The notes under the pieces are model-generated. The model had not been told where the DNA came from. It saw nothing but the letters and a program-made list of their open reading frames with translations, and ran no database searches. From Podarcis melisellensis (Eukaryota): a stretch of 64,000 nt of DNA. Below, piece by piece: positions 53,641-64,000 of the stretch. The number at the start of each line of letters is the position of its first letter. Positions within the stretch are counted from its first letter, which is position 1. The position numbers and the translations under genes were made by a program. The DNA is taken from assembly GCA_964234715.1 (NCBI GenBank), contig OZ174278.1; one strand, given 5' to 3'.

Positions 53641-56600
53641 GCTGAGCGTGATGAAACTTCATTCAAGTTGGTTTTAGTATGTGATAGTTCCTACCTTTGA
53701 TTGTTCAGGCCAGTGCTACTCAAAGGGGTGGTCCGCAGACCAGTTCTAAGAAAATTTCGCAGAAGGGAAGTTCACAGAAGGAAAATTTCCCTGGCTCCTA
53801 CTTCCCTCTGTAGCTACCTGCACCCTCAAATAGTCCTACCTGAATGTTCAGATAGCTTGAGAAGCACTAGTCTAGACCATTTTATCTGACAAAGTTGGGC
53901 CACAATCTACAAGACTGCAATAAAATGCTAGGATGCAACAGGTTTTCCATTGTTGGGGTTGCAATAGACTAACCAGGCCACTCTTCTAAAAACTTGTGCT
54001 GCATATGAATCGTGTACTGAATTTTGAAGTAAATCTATATGTCTATCCGCACCCTCAAAACTCATGCCTGGCTCTGTGCTTTTGTGAAAGATGCCTGAGT
54101 AAAAGACGTATTGGCATCTGGACAGAGTAAGCTGTCTGTTTAATTTCGAGTTATTTGAAATGTTTGCCTTCAGCAGCGGTAGTCAACACCTAATATATAT
54201 GGGGTAACACAATGGGAAAGAAGAAAGGCTGGACGGAACAAAAGCCCCGGCTCACGTATGATATTGATTTCAGTCCGCATCCTCTCATTAGTTTCAGTTA
54301 AACATCTTGTCCCACAGCTCATATCATAAATTAAATCAACTGACTTAGAAGGAAAGCTGCAGCTCTGTCAACTGTCCCATAATGAAGAGTTCAACTGAGA
54401 GGTGAAGGCCGTGACATTCCTCTCATTGTCTCAAGAGCACAGGCATTACTATGTATTGCAAGGGCTTGGTGGCTCTTCAAGCAGGCCTCATCTCTTTCTT
54501 TCCCTTCCTTTGTGCTAAAAAGCTGGCCTTGCTTTTCAAGAGTTTTTTTTAAATCGAAGTTTCAAACGCCTTTCAGCTGCTGCACTCTTGCCTGAAAACA
54601 CCGGTCCACAGCCCCTCCTGACCAGTGTTTAAGGTTTCTCTTAAAAGGCTCCTGTGTGGGAAGAAGCAACATTGTGGGGACTGCAAAGTTCAAGAGGGTT
54701 AGATACTTTAAAAGATTTAAATGCATGTGTCTTGTTTAATTGCAAGACTTCTGTTGTGACAATATTGCTTCAAGCACCTTCTAGATCAGTGGTTCCTTTT
54801 TTTGGCCATGCCCCACCTAAGCATCTCTAAAATCCTGATTCCCCCCCCCCCCCCGGACATATAATTCATACTATTCAAAAAGTGAACTCCTATTCACATG
54901 GAGGAAGCCTAAAAGGCCACTCACTGTTAATAACTCATTCTCAAATTTCCCCCCTTAAAAATCAAATTGCCCCCCTGTGGGGCGTGTGCCCCACGTTGGG
55001 AACCTTAGATGGAAAATGTGATATTGATGTAATTCTGTGTTCATAACCTCTACGGTCCTGTAAAGCACTCTGAATTGAATGAATCGCTCCCCACCAGCTT
55101 GCACCCTCAAACTGGCCAACATAACAAGAAACACACAGGAAGAAGAAAGTACACATGGGTGTGTCTTATTTTCAGCATGATAAACAGATTTGTCTGGAGG
55201 ATGAGGCAGTAACCAGCTTGCAGGTGAGTGCATCTGGCTAATCCTCAAATCAGATGAAGGAGGGAGCGATGTTGATGGAGGGTTTCAGCCTAAGCCTACG
55301 GGATGGTTCCCATATGAATGGTCAACACTTCATGACTGATGCATCAATGGTGACTTCTGTTATGTGTGGGAATTTTAATTTCTCGCATTCCTTAAACAAG
55401 GCTTCACCAACCTGTTGCCTTCCAGATGTTGTTGGACTACAACACACTGCTGGCTGGGGCTGATGGCCTTTGTAGTCCCCACAACATCTGGAGGGAAGAC
55501 CCAAGTTCTATTGAGGTGTTAAAATCACAGCATTACAAAGAAGAGAAGCAGACACTGCCTTCTGGTCCTGTCATTGCTGCTTTGACTCCTGCCAGCTGCA
55601 GGACTCCAGATCACAGAGAGATCCTACACATCTCAGGTGGGTTTCTTTGTTGGAAGTATTCCCCCAATGTGCTTATGGTGCAGGATCATGGCAGGCCAGT
55701 AAGGGCCATTCCACAATATATCCCCAGGCAACGGGGTGATTTTAAATGCTTGAAAAGGGCAAAAGTGGCTCCTAATGGAGCTGGTTGGAATGAATTTATT
55801 GTCAAGTGATCAGAAATCAAGCGATTTAGACATGCATATGAACCAGCCATAGATTTCCTGCTTTGTCTAGCTAACTCTCATCTCAGAGTGCAAATCAATC
55901 CTAATGACATTATGCAGAGGTCCTATTCAGTTTTGTGTCTCAAACGGCATAGGACTTTAGCATAATGTCATTAGGATTGTATTATTAATTAATGTTGAAG
56001 CTTGTACTGATTACTCAGTGATTAGTGACATAATTGGAAATCTGTGTTTTGTAACAAATATCTTGCCCCACGGCTACCTATTATATCTATGTTTTATGAA
56101 GCGTATGCCTTTCCCCTTCTGCCTTTTTTTTTAAAGCACCTGAAACCATGTAAAACTTTTTAATATATCTGAACAGCAGCAAAAGCAACAGGCAATAAAG
56201 GAGCACAAAATACGACCCCCAAAAGACTTGCACGTTGATTTAAAATACTTCTAAAATAAAAAGAAAGTTTTGGTCTGCACTGAACTTCATTAGAAAAAGT
56301 GGTCTGGTGATCTTCACTAGCAGGTGCTTGTAGACTATAGATCTCTGCTATTCCTTGCCCATACTTTTGTGAACAATAAATAGTTCTGCTCATCTCCAAT
56401 AAAAGGGTTAATATACTTAAATAAATGCGTTGTCTTGCCTTTCCATTAAAAAAATGGGGTAAAGCCCTGAAGCTAACTTTGCAACCAAAAAAGCAATATT
56501 AGGGTTATCAAAGAATAAAAATAACAAACAATAAAAGATGTTTCGATTTAGATGGAAAACAAACTAACAGAAGGATGCCACACGAAACCTGAATAAAAGA

Positions 56601-57227
56601 ACCAATAAAGGTTTTAGTGGTATCTTCAGAGATATTAATGCAGTTTAGAAATATTAAGCAACTGCTAAGCTGAAATGTACTTTAATATCAGTGGACTTGC
56701 TATCTAAGCAGGCATACAAATCCACTAAAATAAACCGTTTGTGTATAATTTCAGAACTGGTGCCCAGCTTCTAGATTCAGCTTTGCAGTTTGATGCACAA
56801 TATCAGCTTGTTGATGTTGCTTTTTTACAGTTTGGAACTCATTTCCTTCAGATATTCCCAGGCTCGCCACTTCCCTGCTCTTTAAGGAGCATCTCAAATG
56901 CATCCCATAGGTTTTATGTCCAAAGTTAACTCAAGGACGTTCGCAGTAAGAAAATAAAGTGGCTCTTTCTCCCTCCTGCAGCAGCTTGAAAAGCACCCTG
57001 GAGGCCAAGGGAACCCGAATCAACTGTGGACCCTGTGGACCTGTGATTGGGTCCTGTTTGTGGATATCCCACAGGAATCTGGATGGCCACCATGAGAATT
57101 GGATGCTGAATTAAGATGGGCCTTTGGCCTGATCCCGCAAGCTGTGCTTATGTTCTTACATTAGGGCTGTTGCTGTACTGTTGTTCTGGTTTAGTGCCTA
57201 TCCTCTAAACCTATCCTGATGAATCTA

Positions 57228-57233
57228 AAGAAG

Positions 57234-57264
<31 letters not shown>

Positions 57265-57410
57265 CTGTGAGGTGAGTGAGGCTGAGAGACTTCAGAGAAG
57301 TGTGACTAGCCCAAGGTCACCCAGCAGCTGCATGTGGAGGAGCGGAGACGCGAACCCGGTTCACCAGATTACGAGCCTACCGCTCTCAACCACTACACCA
57401 CGCTGGCTCT
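57228..57410 (-). mobile_element. tRNA-derived SINE with (AAG)12 microsatellite
   Basis: Minus strand AGAGCCAGCGTGGTGTAGTGGTTGAGAGCG...GGTTCGCGTCTC has A/B boxes; (AAG)12 at 57228-57263. Confidence 0.8.
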
Positions 57411-58536
57411 CTTGCCATGCAAACCCTGTGGATGTGTGCAATGATTCCTCAATTGCCTTTAACTTTTGTGTTAAAAGCAAAACAAAGAGTTGGTCAATTT
57501 TGTAAGCAACTGGCCAGGACCATCAGAACTGGACAAGTAGTGACGAGCTTTGAGGTGGAACTGGGGATCTGTGAGGTTCTGGTTTTTGCAATTCTGGCCA
57601 GTACTGGAGAGAAAAACCCCCCCCGAACTTTTACTGCCTCTACGTGCATCTCTTTGTGACAGACCACACATTGGCATCTCTAGGCCACTTGATGTGCCAT
57701 AAGACCTTTGAGCCCCCGTGACCAATAATTGGAAAAAGATTAAGTTTTTCCATACTTCTGCATCCTTGGGAGTTCTTTTCTATTCTGCCTGTTTTAAATG
57801 TAATCTCATGCTCTTTGGCTTGTGATTATTTTTGCTATTGATCCACTGTGGGAACGAAGCCCTGGCAGCCCAATTTCCTTTCAATATTCTCCCGTGAACG
57901 TGATTAATTTTGGTTGCACGGCTCTCCCGTCTCTGTGCTACTTTCAGGCTGTCATGCCTGCCAATGCGTGTTCACCCCCTCCATCTTTCCTTTCTCTCCC
58001 CCTCCCTCCTCCTTGTGCCATTTCGTAATGGGGAGCTTTTATCCACCTGGTGTGCCCTCACTTTGAGTCTAATTGCCTGTGCCAATCACTTTTTTATTTC
58101 TTTCTTTCTTTTGGAAAGGAGACTCCCAGATTGTCTAATTAACAGTGTTTGACCATTAAACTGAAAAAAGCAAAACAAATTAGAGATCAACTTAGAAGAA
58201 GACAAATGAGTGGAGGGAGGTGTAGGGAAGGATGGGGAGAATTTGCACCACGAGTGAAGATAAATGATTTTTTTAAAATCCCAAATATGAGTCCAAGGGA
58301 AAAAAGATTTATAGGCTTCTCAAGATCTGAGAGAGGGAAGTTAATGACTGGCAAGTGGTCTGCTAGTGCAGACAAGTGAGCTGCTTAGATTTTCTTTTTG
58401 TCCTGTGAAAGGAAGCAAGTCCTTGAGACATAAATTTCTACATGGGTCGATCAAACTGAAAGTTGCCAAATTTGAGATCGGCTCTTCCCCGGTTGTGTTT
58501 AACAATATAAAAGCAAGATAAAAAATTAAAAGGGAT

Positions 58537-58654
58537 GCTGGATAGCTCAGCTGGTAAAGCATGAGACTCTTAATCTCAGGGCTATGGGTTTAAGCCCCAC
58601 TTGGGGGGGAAAGATGGTCCTTGTAGTCCCTTCAAATTCTACAATTCCATGATT
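58537..58654 (+). mobile_element. tRNA-Lys(CTT)-derived SINE with CR1-like tail
   Basis: TAGCTCAG..GGTA.AGCATGAGACTCTTAATCTCAGGG head with degenerate T-arm and acceptor stem, followed by CCCTTCAAATTCTACAATTCCATGATT. Confidence 0.75.
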
Positions 58655-60629
58655 GGGGCTTTATAAAATAATAGGCATGTGTTTTGCACAAGTGTTTCAC
58701 TTGGTGAAATGAGTCCTTTAGTCCTGTGTACTGAACAGGCACATCCTTCAAGGAATGGACACTGGGATGTATTAAGAGCATCCCTCCTCTTGTACGAAGC
58801 ACACCTTCTCCATCCAATTGCACACAAATAAAAACATGAGAAACGATCACGGTTGAATTCTGTACCACCTTGGGAGAGCCAGCCCTGAATGTAAATGAGG
58901 CAAAATGCTTTTGGTGATGTGCTTCCATTCCTTCCCATCTCCCAACAAATAGCTTTGCATTAGTCATCATAATAATGATAAGTAAAGTTGCTGTTTAAAA
59001 TCTGAGATATGTCAAAGTGTTAAACTCGGGGTTTTAAGCTGTCATGCTTGACAGATTAATTACAAGGGTTGGGGATGGCAACTCAGGAAAGAGATGCCAT
59101 ACCCTTTCTTTCTATCTTTCATTTTAGGAAAGCTCCCTTGTAATGCGAGATGCATCGTGCCATAACGTAACTTTTCTAATCAGAATGTGTGTTAATTTGG
59201 AGAGATGAATCCTAAATCCTTTTAAACCTTCTGAGATTTGCTGTAAATAGAATGAGTGTATAATACTTTGTTTACCAAGCTAGCTATCATGCCACATTTG
59301 AAGAAGGATTTGTTTACAAGAAGGCTTAATTTCAAAATGAAAAGCATATCCCTCTGGTCGTTTGGGGAAGAGGGGGAAAAAAAGTGTTGCAATTGCAACC
59401 CTGCTTTCAAATAGTGTCCATATTGACACTGGGATGTGGAAGGGAAGCTACACACTCCCTTTATGAACACACAGACTCCCTGTTCCTTTAATCTAGAAAT
59501 TCATAGCATGATTTGATGCTCAATTGGAGCAAATTTGCAAAATCGTTTAGGATCAAATTGTTGACTGTTAGCTTCATGCTAATTTGCAGCAGTTGAGGTT
59601 GTGGCTCATAAGCTCTGAGAGAATGCTGTTCTCCTGCTCTCTTAGAAATGTTTAATGAGTTATTGCCACAATTTGATTTTGTCATTTAAATGTTCAAATG
59701 AGTTGAACGAAGATCTCGTGCTCCTGGATCATTGCAACTGTTCACAATCCAATGTGCGGTATTTGGCACACTAAAACACTCTGTGCCTAGGGAGTTATCT
59801 ACCTGCACTTGAAAAAGAGAGAAAGCAGTGTGTATGAAAACTGGCTACCTTGGCAAAGGCTTCCTGGATATTTTCATAGTTAGCTTTTCGAAGAATTCTG
59901 TGTAGTTCCATAAAAATGTAGCTTTTTGTCTGAAAGTAAATTGATAACACTTGCACACATGTGACTATAGGATCATGGTTACATTTTGTATAAAGCATAC
60001 ATGATTAATTCCTTTCGCCAAACATGGGAGAAATGTTAAGCATATATGGAACCTGATATCTTCAAGGTTCCACAAAAGGATACACTTTTTGAGGGTTAAC
60101 TATTGTTTTATGAGGAAGGACATACAGGAAGTAGCCAAACAACAACTGAGCATGCTCAGTGAGCATTTCATGGACGAGGGAGGAAGAATGAAACAGTGTG
60201 TCCTGGAAGGGGGATGCCCATATATATATATATATATGGCAACATTTTGTAGCAGGACTCACTTGCTGATTTTCATTTGAAACAAAGATGAAGCAGCTTG
60301 CCTTGATGATCCCCCTTTCCCCAAGTTGCTAAGCAACAGATTGAGTCGGCAGTCATCGACAAGCAACTGGGCTAGTGAGAAGGGGGACTGAGGAGGAGGA
60401 GGAGGAGGCGGCTTCTGACTGTGCCAGGGACAGGGCATAATTCCAAAAGTGGACGAGATAAGTCTGGGGGGACTGCTCTGAGAGGGGTGCTGAGGAAGTC
60501 TGCATGGGACAGAATCTGAAAGATAAGTGCTAGCAGCCTATGACAGAGAGAGTCGTCAGGAGCACCACAAGTATCTAACCCCGGTGGTGAAGTGCAGTCT
60601 GCTGGGTTTTGGATGTTATTGATGTTATT

Positions 60630-61570
60630 GGCCTTTATTGGCATACGTTTAAACAATAAAACCATACAAAGTCATGTAAATACATTAATAATCCAAAGAC
60701 ATACAATATAGAAAAGACTGGATAGCCACCACTGAATAAATCAGGCAATTTTAGCTTTAGCTTTAAAGATCTCTGCTAGATACCCCGAAACAATCTTCTT
60801 TGTTCCGGGCGTATCATCCTTCAACAAATATTGGATTACAGACTCTTTGTAAATCGTTTTCTTTTTTTAAAAAAAAGCTGTAAGGGAGTCACTAGGAGAT
60901 CTTTATGAAGGGTGTTGAGAAGAGGGCAATCCCAAAACAAGTGATGTATTATACCTGGTGTTTTCTTATTACAGATGCGGACTATGTTCTGGAAGGGTTT
61001 TTTGTTTTTTTAAACCTACTGAACAAAACAGATGAGGGGAATGCATTTAGACGAGCTAGCACAAAAGCTCTGTGATGGAGTATACAAGTTATAAAAGTAA
61101 TTAGGCATTATTCCATGGTGGGACTGCAATTCTAAGTAAGCAGATGAACATACAAAAGGCTGGGAGGGGTAGAATTTTTGGATCTCATGGTCTAGCAGTC
61201 TCTGCTTGATGAGGGAGAAAATTTGTGGCCATTCCTATAGAAGAAGGGAATCTATTGCAATCCCTGTATTCCTAAGTTTGAGAGCAACATGAGAAAACCA
61301 TGTAAAATTATGTGTATTTATCAACAAAGAGGTTAGTGAACTCTCCAGGTCTGTATTAAAGTGAATTTTTAACAAGTATTTGGAAGTCATAATCCAGCCC
61401 CTAGATTCTAAGAGATGCTGGCCTAACTCTGTACATATAGCCAGATAGAAGAAACATTTTGGAACTCCTATAGTTTGTCGGAAGAAGGGTGCCTGTACAC
61501 CCTTAACTTTGTCGTTAAAGTCAGGTATCCACAAGGGAATCCCATAAAGGAGTTGCAAAACAGTTTTTTA
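60630..61570 (-). mobile_element. Degenerate non-LTR retrotransposon ORF2 3' region
   Basis: Minus-strand peptides QLLYGIPLW...VQAPFFRQTIGVPKC...ELG and AFVLARLNAFPS, with a Cys/His knuckle remnant. Confidence 0.6.
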
Positions 61571-61756
61571 TGCTATAGGTCCTAACCTAACCACTGCAGG
61601 CACATTCTGATTACCATCAAAAAAATAGAATCATTTAATTCATTCTACAGAGCATTTTGCTAGGTTGGTTATCCTGTTACGATGGGTCACCCATTTTAGA
61701 TTGTATTTAAAGCTTTTAACTTGTTCGATTTATTGATCACAAAACACCATTTAGAT

Positions 61757-61882
61757 CAGGCTTCCTCAAACTCAGCCCTCCAGATGTTTTGAGACTACAA
61801 TTCCCAGCATCCCTGACCATAGCTAGAGATCATGGGAGTTGTAAGCCAAAAACATCTGGGGGGCCAAGCTTGAGGAAGCCTG
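61757..61882. mobile_element. hAT-type palindromic MITE
   Basis: Same family as 49593; 8-bp TSD ATTTAGAT. Confidence 0.9.
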
Positions 61883-62362
61883 ATTTAGATGGATGCCAAC
61901 TCTTTAAAAATACCAAGATCTTGGATTTTTAGTAATTAATTGCTCGGTGATTTCCTTGGCAGTAATGAAATAATGCTTTTAGAAACCTTTGAAGCCCAAC
62001 TCTGGTGCAGGAGAGGAGAGTCTGCATATAAAAGTATGGCCACTGCCTTAGGTCCTAACCTAGGAGGGTGGCCATTCACAACGAGTCAATGTTGTTTCAT
62101 ATCTTTCAAAAATAGATTAAATAGATGTGGGGTGAAGAATACAGCCTTGTTTGGTGCCTGCTGGGAACTTTACTGGTATTAGTATAAAGTGGACATTGTT
62201 ATTATATTTTGGTGACGGTTCTTTGTTATAGGTTCTACTTTCATCAATCCCAATTTGAAACTTATGTGTAGCATTGTCGTGTTGGTGTGTGGGTGGGTGT
62301 TGCTCGATTTCTCCTCTCCTCAATCTGTTACAAATAGACCACGTTCCTTTTTTTTTTTTGTA

Positions 62363-62601
62363 CAGTGGTACCTCAGGTTAAGAACTTAATTTGTTCTGGA
62401 GGTCCGTTCTTAACCTGAAACTGTTCTTAAACTGAGGAACCACTTTAGCTAATGGGGCGTCCCGCTGCCGCTGCGCTGCCATGTGGTTTCTGTTCTCATC
62501 CTGAAACAAAGTTCTTAACCCAAGGTATTATTTCTGGGTTAGCGGAGTCTGTAACCTGAAGTGTCTGTAACCTGAAGCGTCTGTAACCAGAGGTACCACT
62601 G
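62363..62601. mobile_element. Tigger-like MITE, family A
   Basis: TA|CAGTGGTACCTC...GAGGTACCACTG|TA. Confidence 0.9.
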
Positions 62602-63599
62602 TATATAATTTTCTTCTCCTGTTTTGCAAATTTTGGACGCTGAGGTAATTGCTCTTAAGGAATATAACCTTGGCCACAGGATCCAGGTTGCAAGGAAGTC
62701 TGTTATATTTGTAATGTAACCTGGCCTTCACAAGCCACAATAGCAACAGCTGAGGATACATATGGAATATTTAGTCACTTTTCTTGTTGAAGAATATCAT
62801 TGCCACACTGTCTACACTGATGGGCCAAAATGTGCTTGCAGTCCAACCTACTTTGTGCCACGTTTTCCAAAGGTCTCAGTTGACATGTTGCTGCTTGGGC
62901 CCTCTAAAACCTGGGAGTGAAGAACTATCTCCCTCCTAGGCAGAGCTCCAAAGAAACTATCACCCAATCCCACTTAAATTTGCAGCACTATTAACATTTA
63001 GTACAACCTGTTGTTAGCAGCTCTGAGTCTGTGGAATGTAGCAGAATATAAATAATATAAAATTATAATAAAAGCCACATGGGTTTCCTTTAAAACTTGC
63101 ATAGGTGGGGAAATCGGACCAGCTGCAACTTCTCCCATCACTGCAGTTTTTATGGGGAAATTCCATAATCTGGATCGAAGAGAAATAACTCAAAGACCAC
63201 TCGGGCTTGTAATGAATACAGACAGTGTTTTGTTAAAAGCAAATACAATCGATACTTGTGGATACACAATTTCACAGTTCTTGCCAGAGTTATTGGAGAC
63301 TGATGGGAGGAGGGCAATCAAAATCAACCCTGTTGCCAGGCATCCTTGGGGAAGAGTCTGATTACCCATAGATTGATTCATTACATTAAGGATACAGGAT
63401 GCAAAGGGGGAGCAGATAGACGCAAAAGCAGCATGGATCAAAACGACATCTTTAGTGTGGCCATAGGCTTATATGGAATACTACTATGTTCTGAAACAAA
63501 ATGGTGTAGTGTGGTGTGTTCCGGTTCAGCGTTACAGCTAATCCATCAGTGCTGCCTTCTAGGACACTATTCCATTCACTCTATATTTCTCTCTTGACA

Positions 63600-63914
63600 G
63601 GCTCAGCCCCTCACACCACTCCTACTTCTTCTGAGATCCAGCGCCGAGGGCCTTTTAGCGGTTCCCTCATTGCGAGAAGTGAGGTTATAGGGAACCAGAC
63701 AGAGGACCTTCTTGGTAGTGGCGCCCACCCTGTGGAACACCCTCCCTTCAGATGTCAAGTAAATAAGCAGCTATCCTATCTTTAAAAGACATCTGAAGGC
63801 AGCCCTGTTCAGGGAAGTTTTTAATATTTAATGCTGTACTGTTTTTAACACTTGATTGGGAGCCACCCAGAGTGGCTGGGAAAAGTCAGCCAGATGGGCG
63901 GGGTATAAATAAAT
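63600..63914 (+). mobile_element. L2-clade LINE 3' end
   Basis: gtggcgcccaccctgtggaac...ctgaaggcagccctgttc...gagccacccagagtggctggg...gatgggcggggtataaataaat. Confidence 0.75.
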
Positions 63915-63915
63915 T

Positions 63916-63983
63916 CTCCTCCTCCTCCTCCTCCTCCTTCTTTTTCTCTTCCTCCTCCTTCTTTTTTCTCCTCCTCCTCCTCC
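63916..63983 (+). repeat. (TCC)n / pyrimidine microsatellite
   Basis: Direct reading of the sequence. Confidence 0.85.
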
Positions 63984-64000
63984 ATTTTGAACTTCCCCAA

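Noticed and set aside
58537-58608. Functional tRNA-Lys gene
   Set aside because: T-arm and acceptor stem are degenerate and a CR1-like tail follows, so it is a SINE head.
46500-64000. ALCAM or other protein-coding exons downstream
   Set aside because: No recognisable exon peptides; ORFs map to TE relics or are unsupported.

Overview
AT-rich vertebrate genomic DNA. Sauria-type SINEs plus L2, CR1, DIRS and Penelope remnants point to a squamate, probably a lizard (inference). The + strand carries the 3' ~85% of CBLB (Cbl-b E3 ubiquitin ligase) as 16 coding exons, 13335-46404, corresponding to human exons 4-19. All are GT-AG and phase-consistent, totalling 2509 nt (about 835 aa: rest of TKB, linker, RING, proline-rich region, UBA). 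The 5' exons lie upstream of the window. The outstanding feature is a full-length, intronless POLD1 (DNA polymerase delta catalytic subunit) retrocopy in the sense orientation inside the CBLB intron, ending 383 nt before the exon at 13335. It has a 46-nt 5'UTR, 1110 codons in one frame, a 3'UTR with AATAAA, an A-tail and a perfect 15-bp target-site duplication. Its only frame disruption is one TAG that falls between the exonuclease and polymerase domains. A candidate intronic splice acceptor just upstream would fuse it in frame to CBLB. Other points of interest are Penelope-derived hammerhead-like motifs (one right behind a CBLB splice donor), two candidate unannotated CBLB cassette exons, a 68-bp perfect palindrome in a MITE, and many MITE/SINE/LINE remnants. 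Repeat family names are from recognition, not database searches, and their boundaries are approximate unless a TIR or TSD is given.
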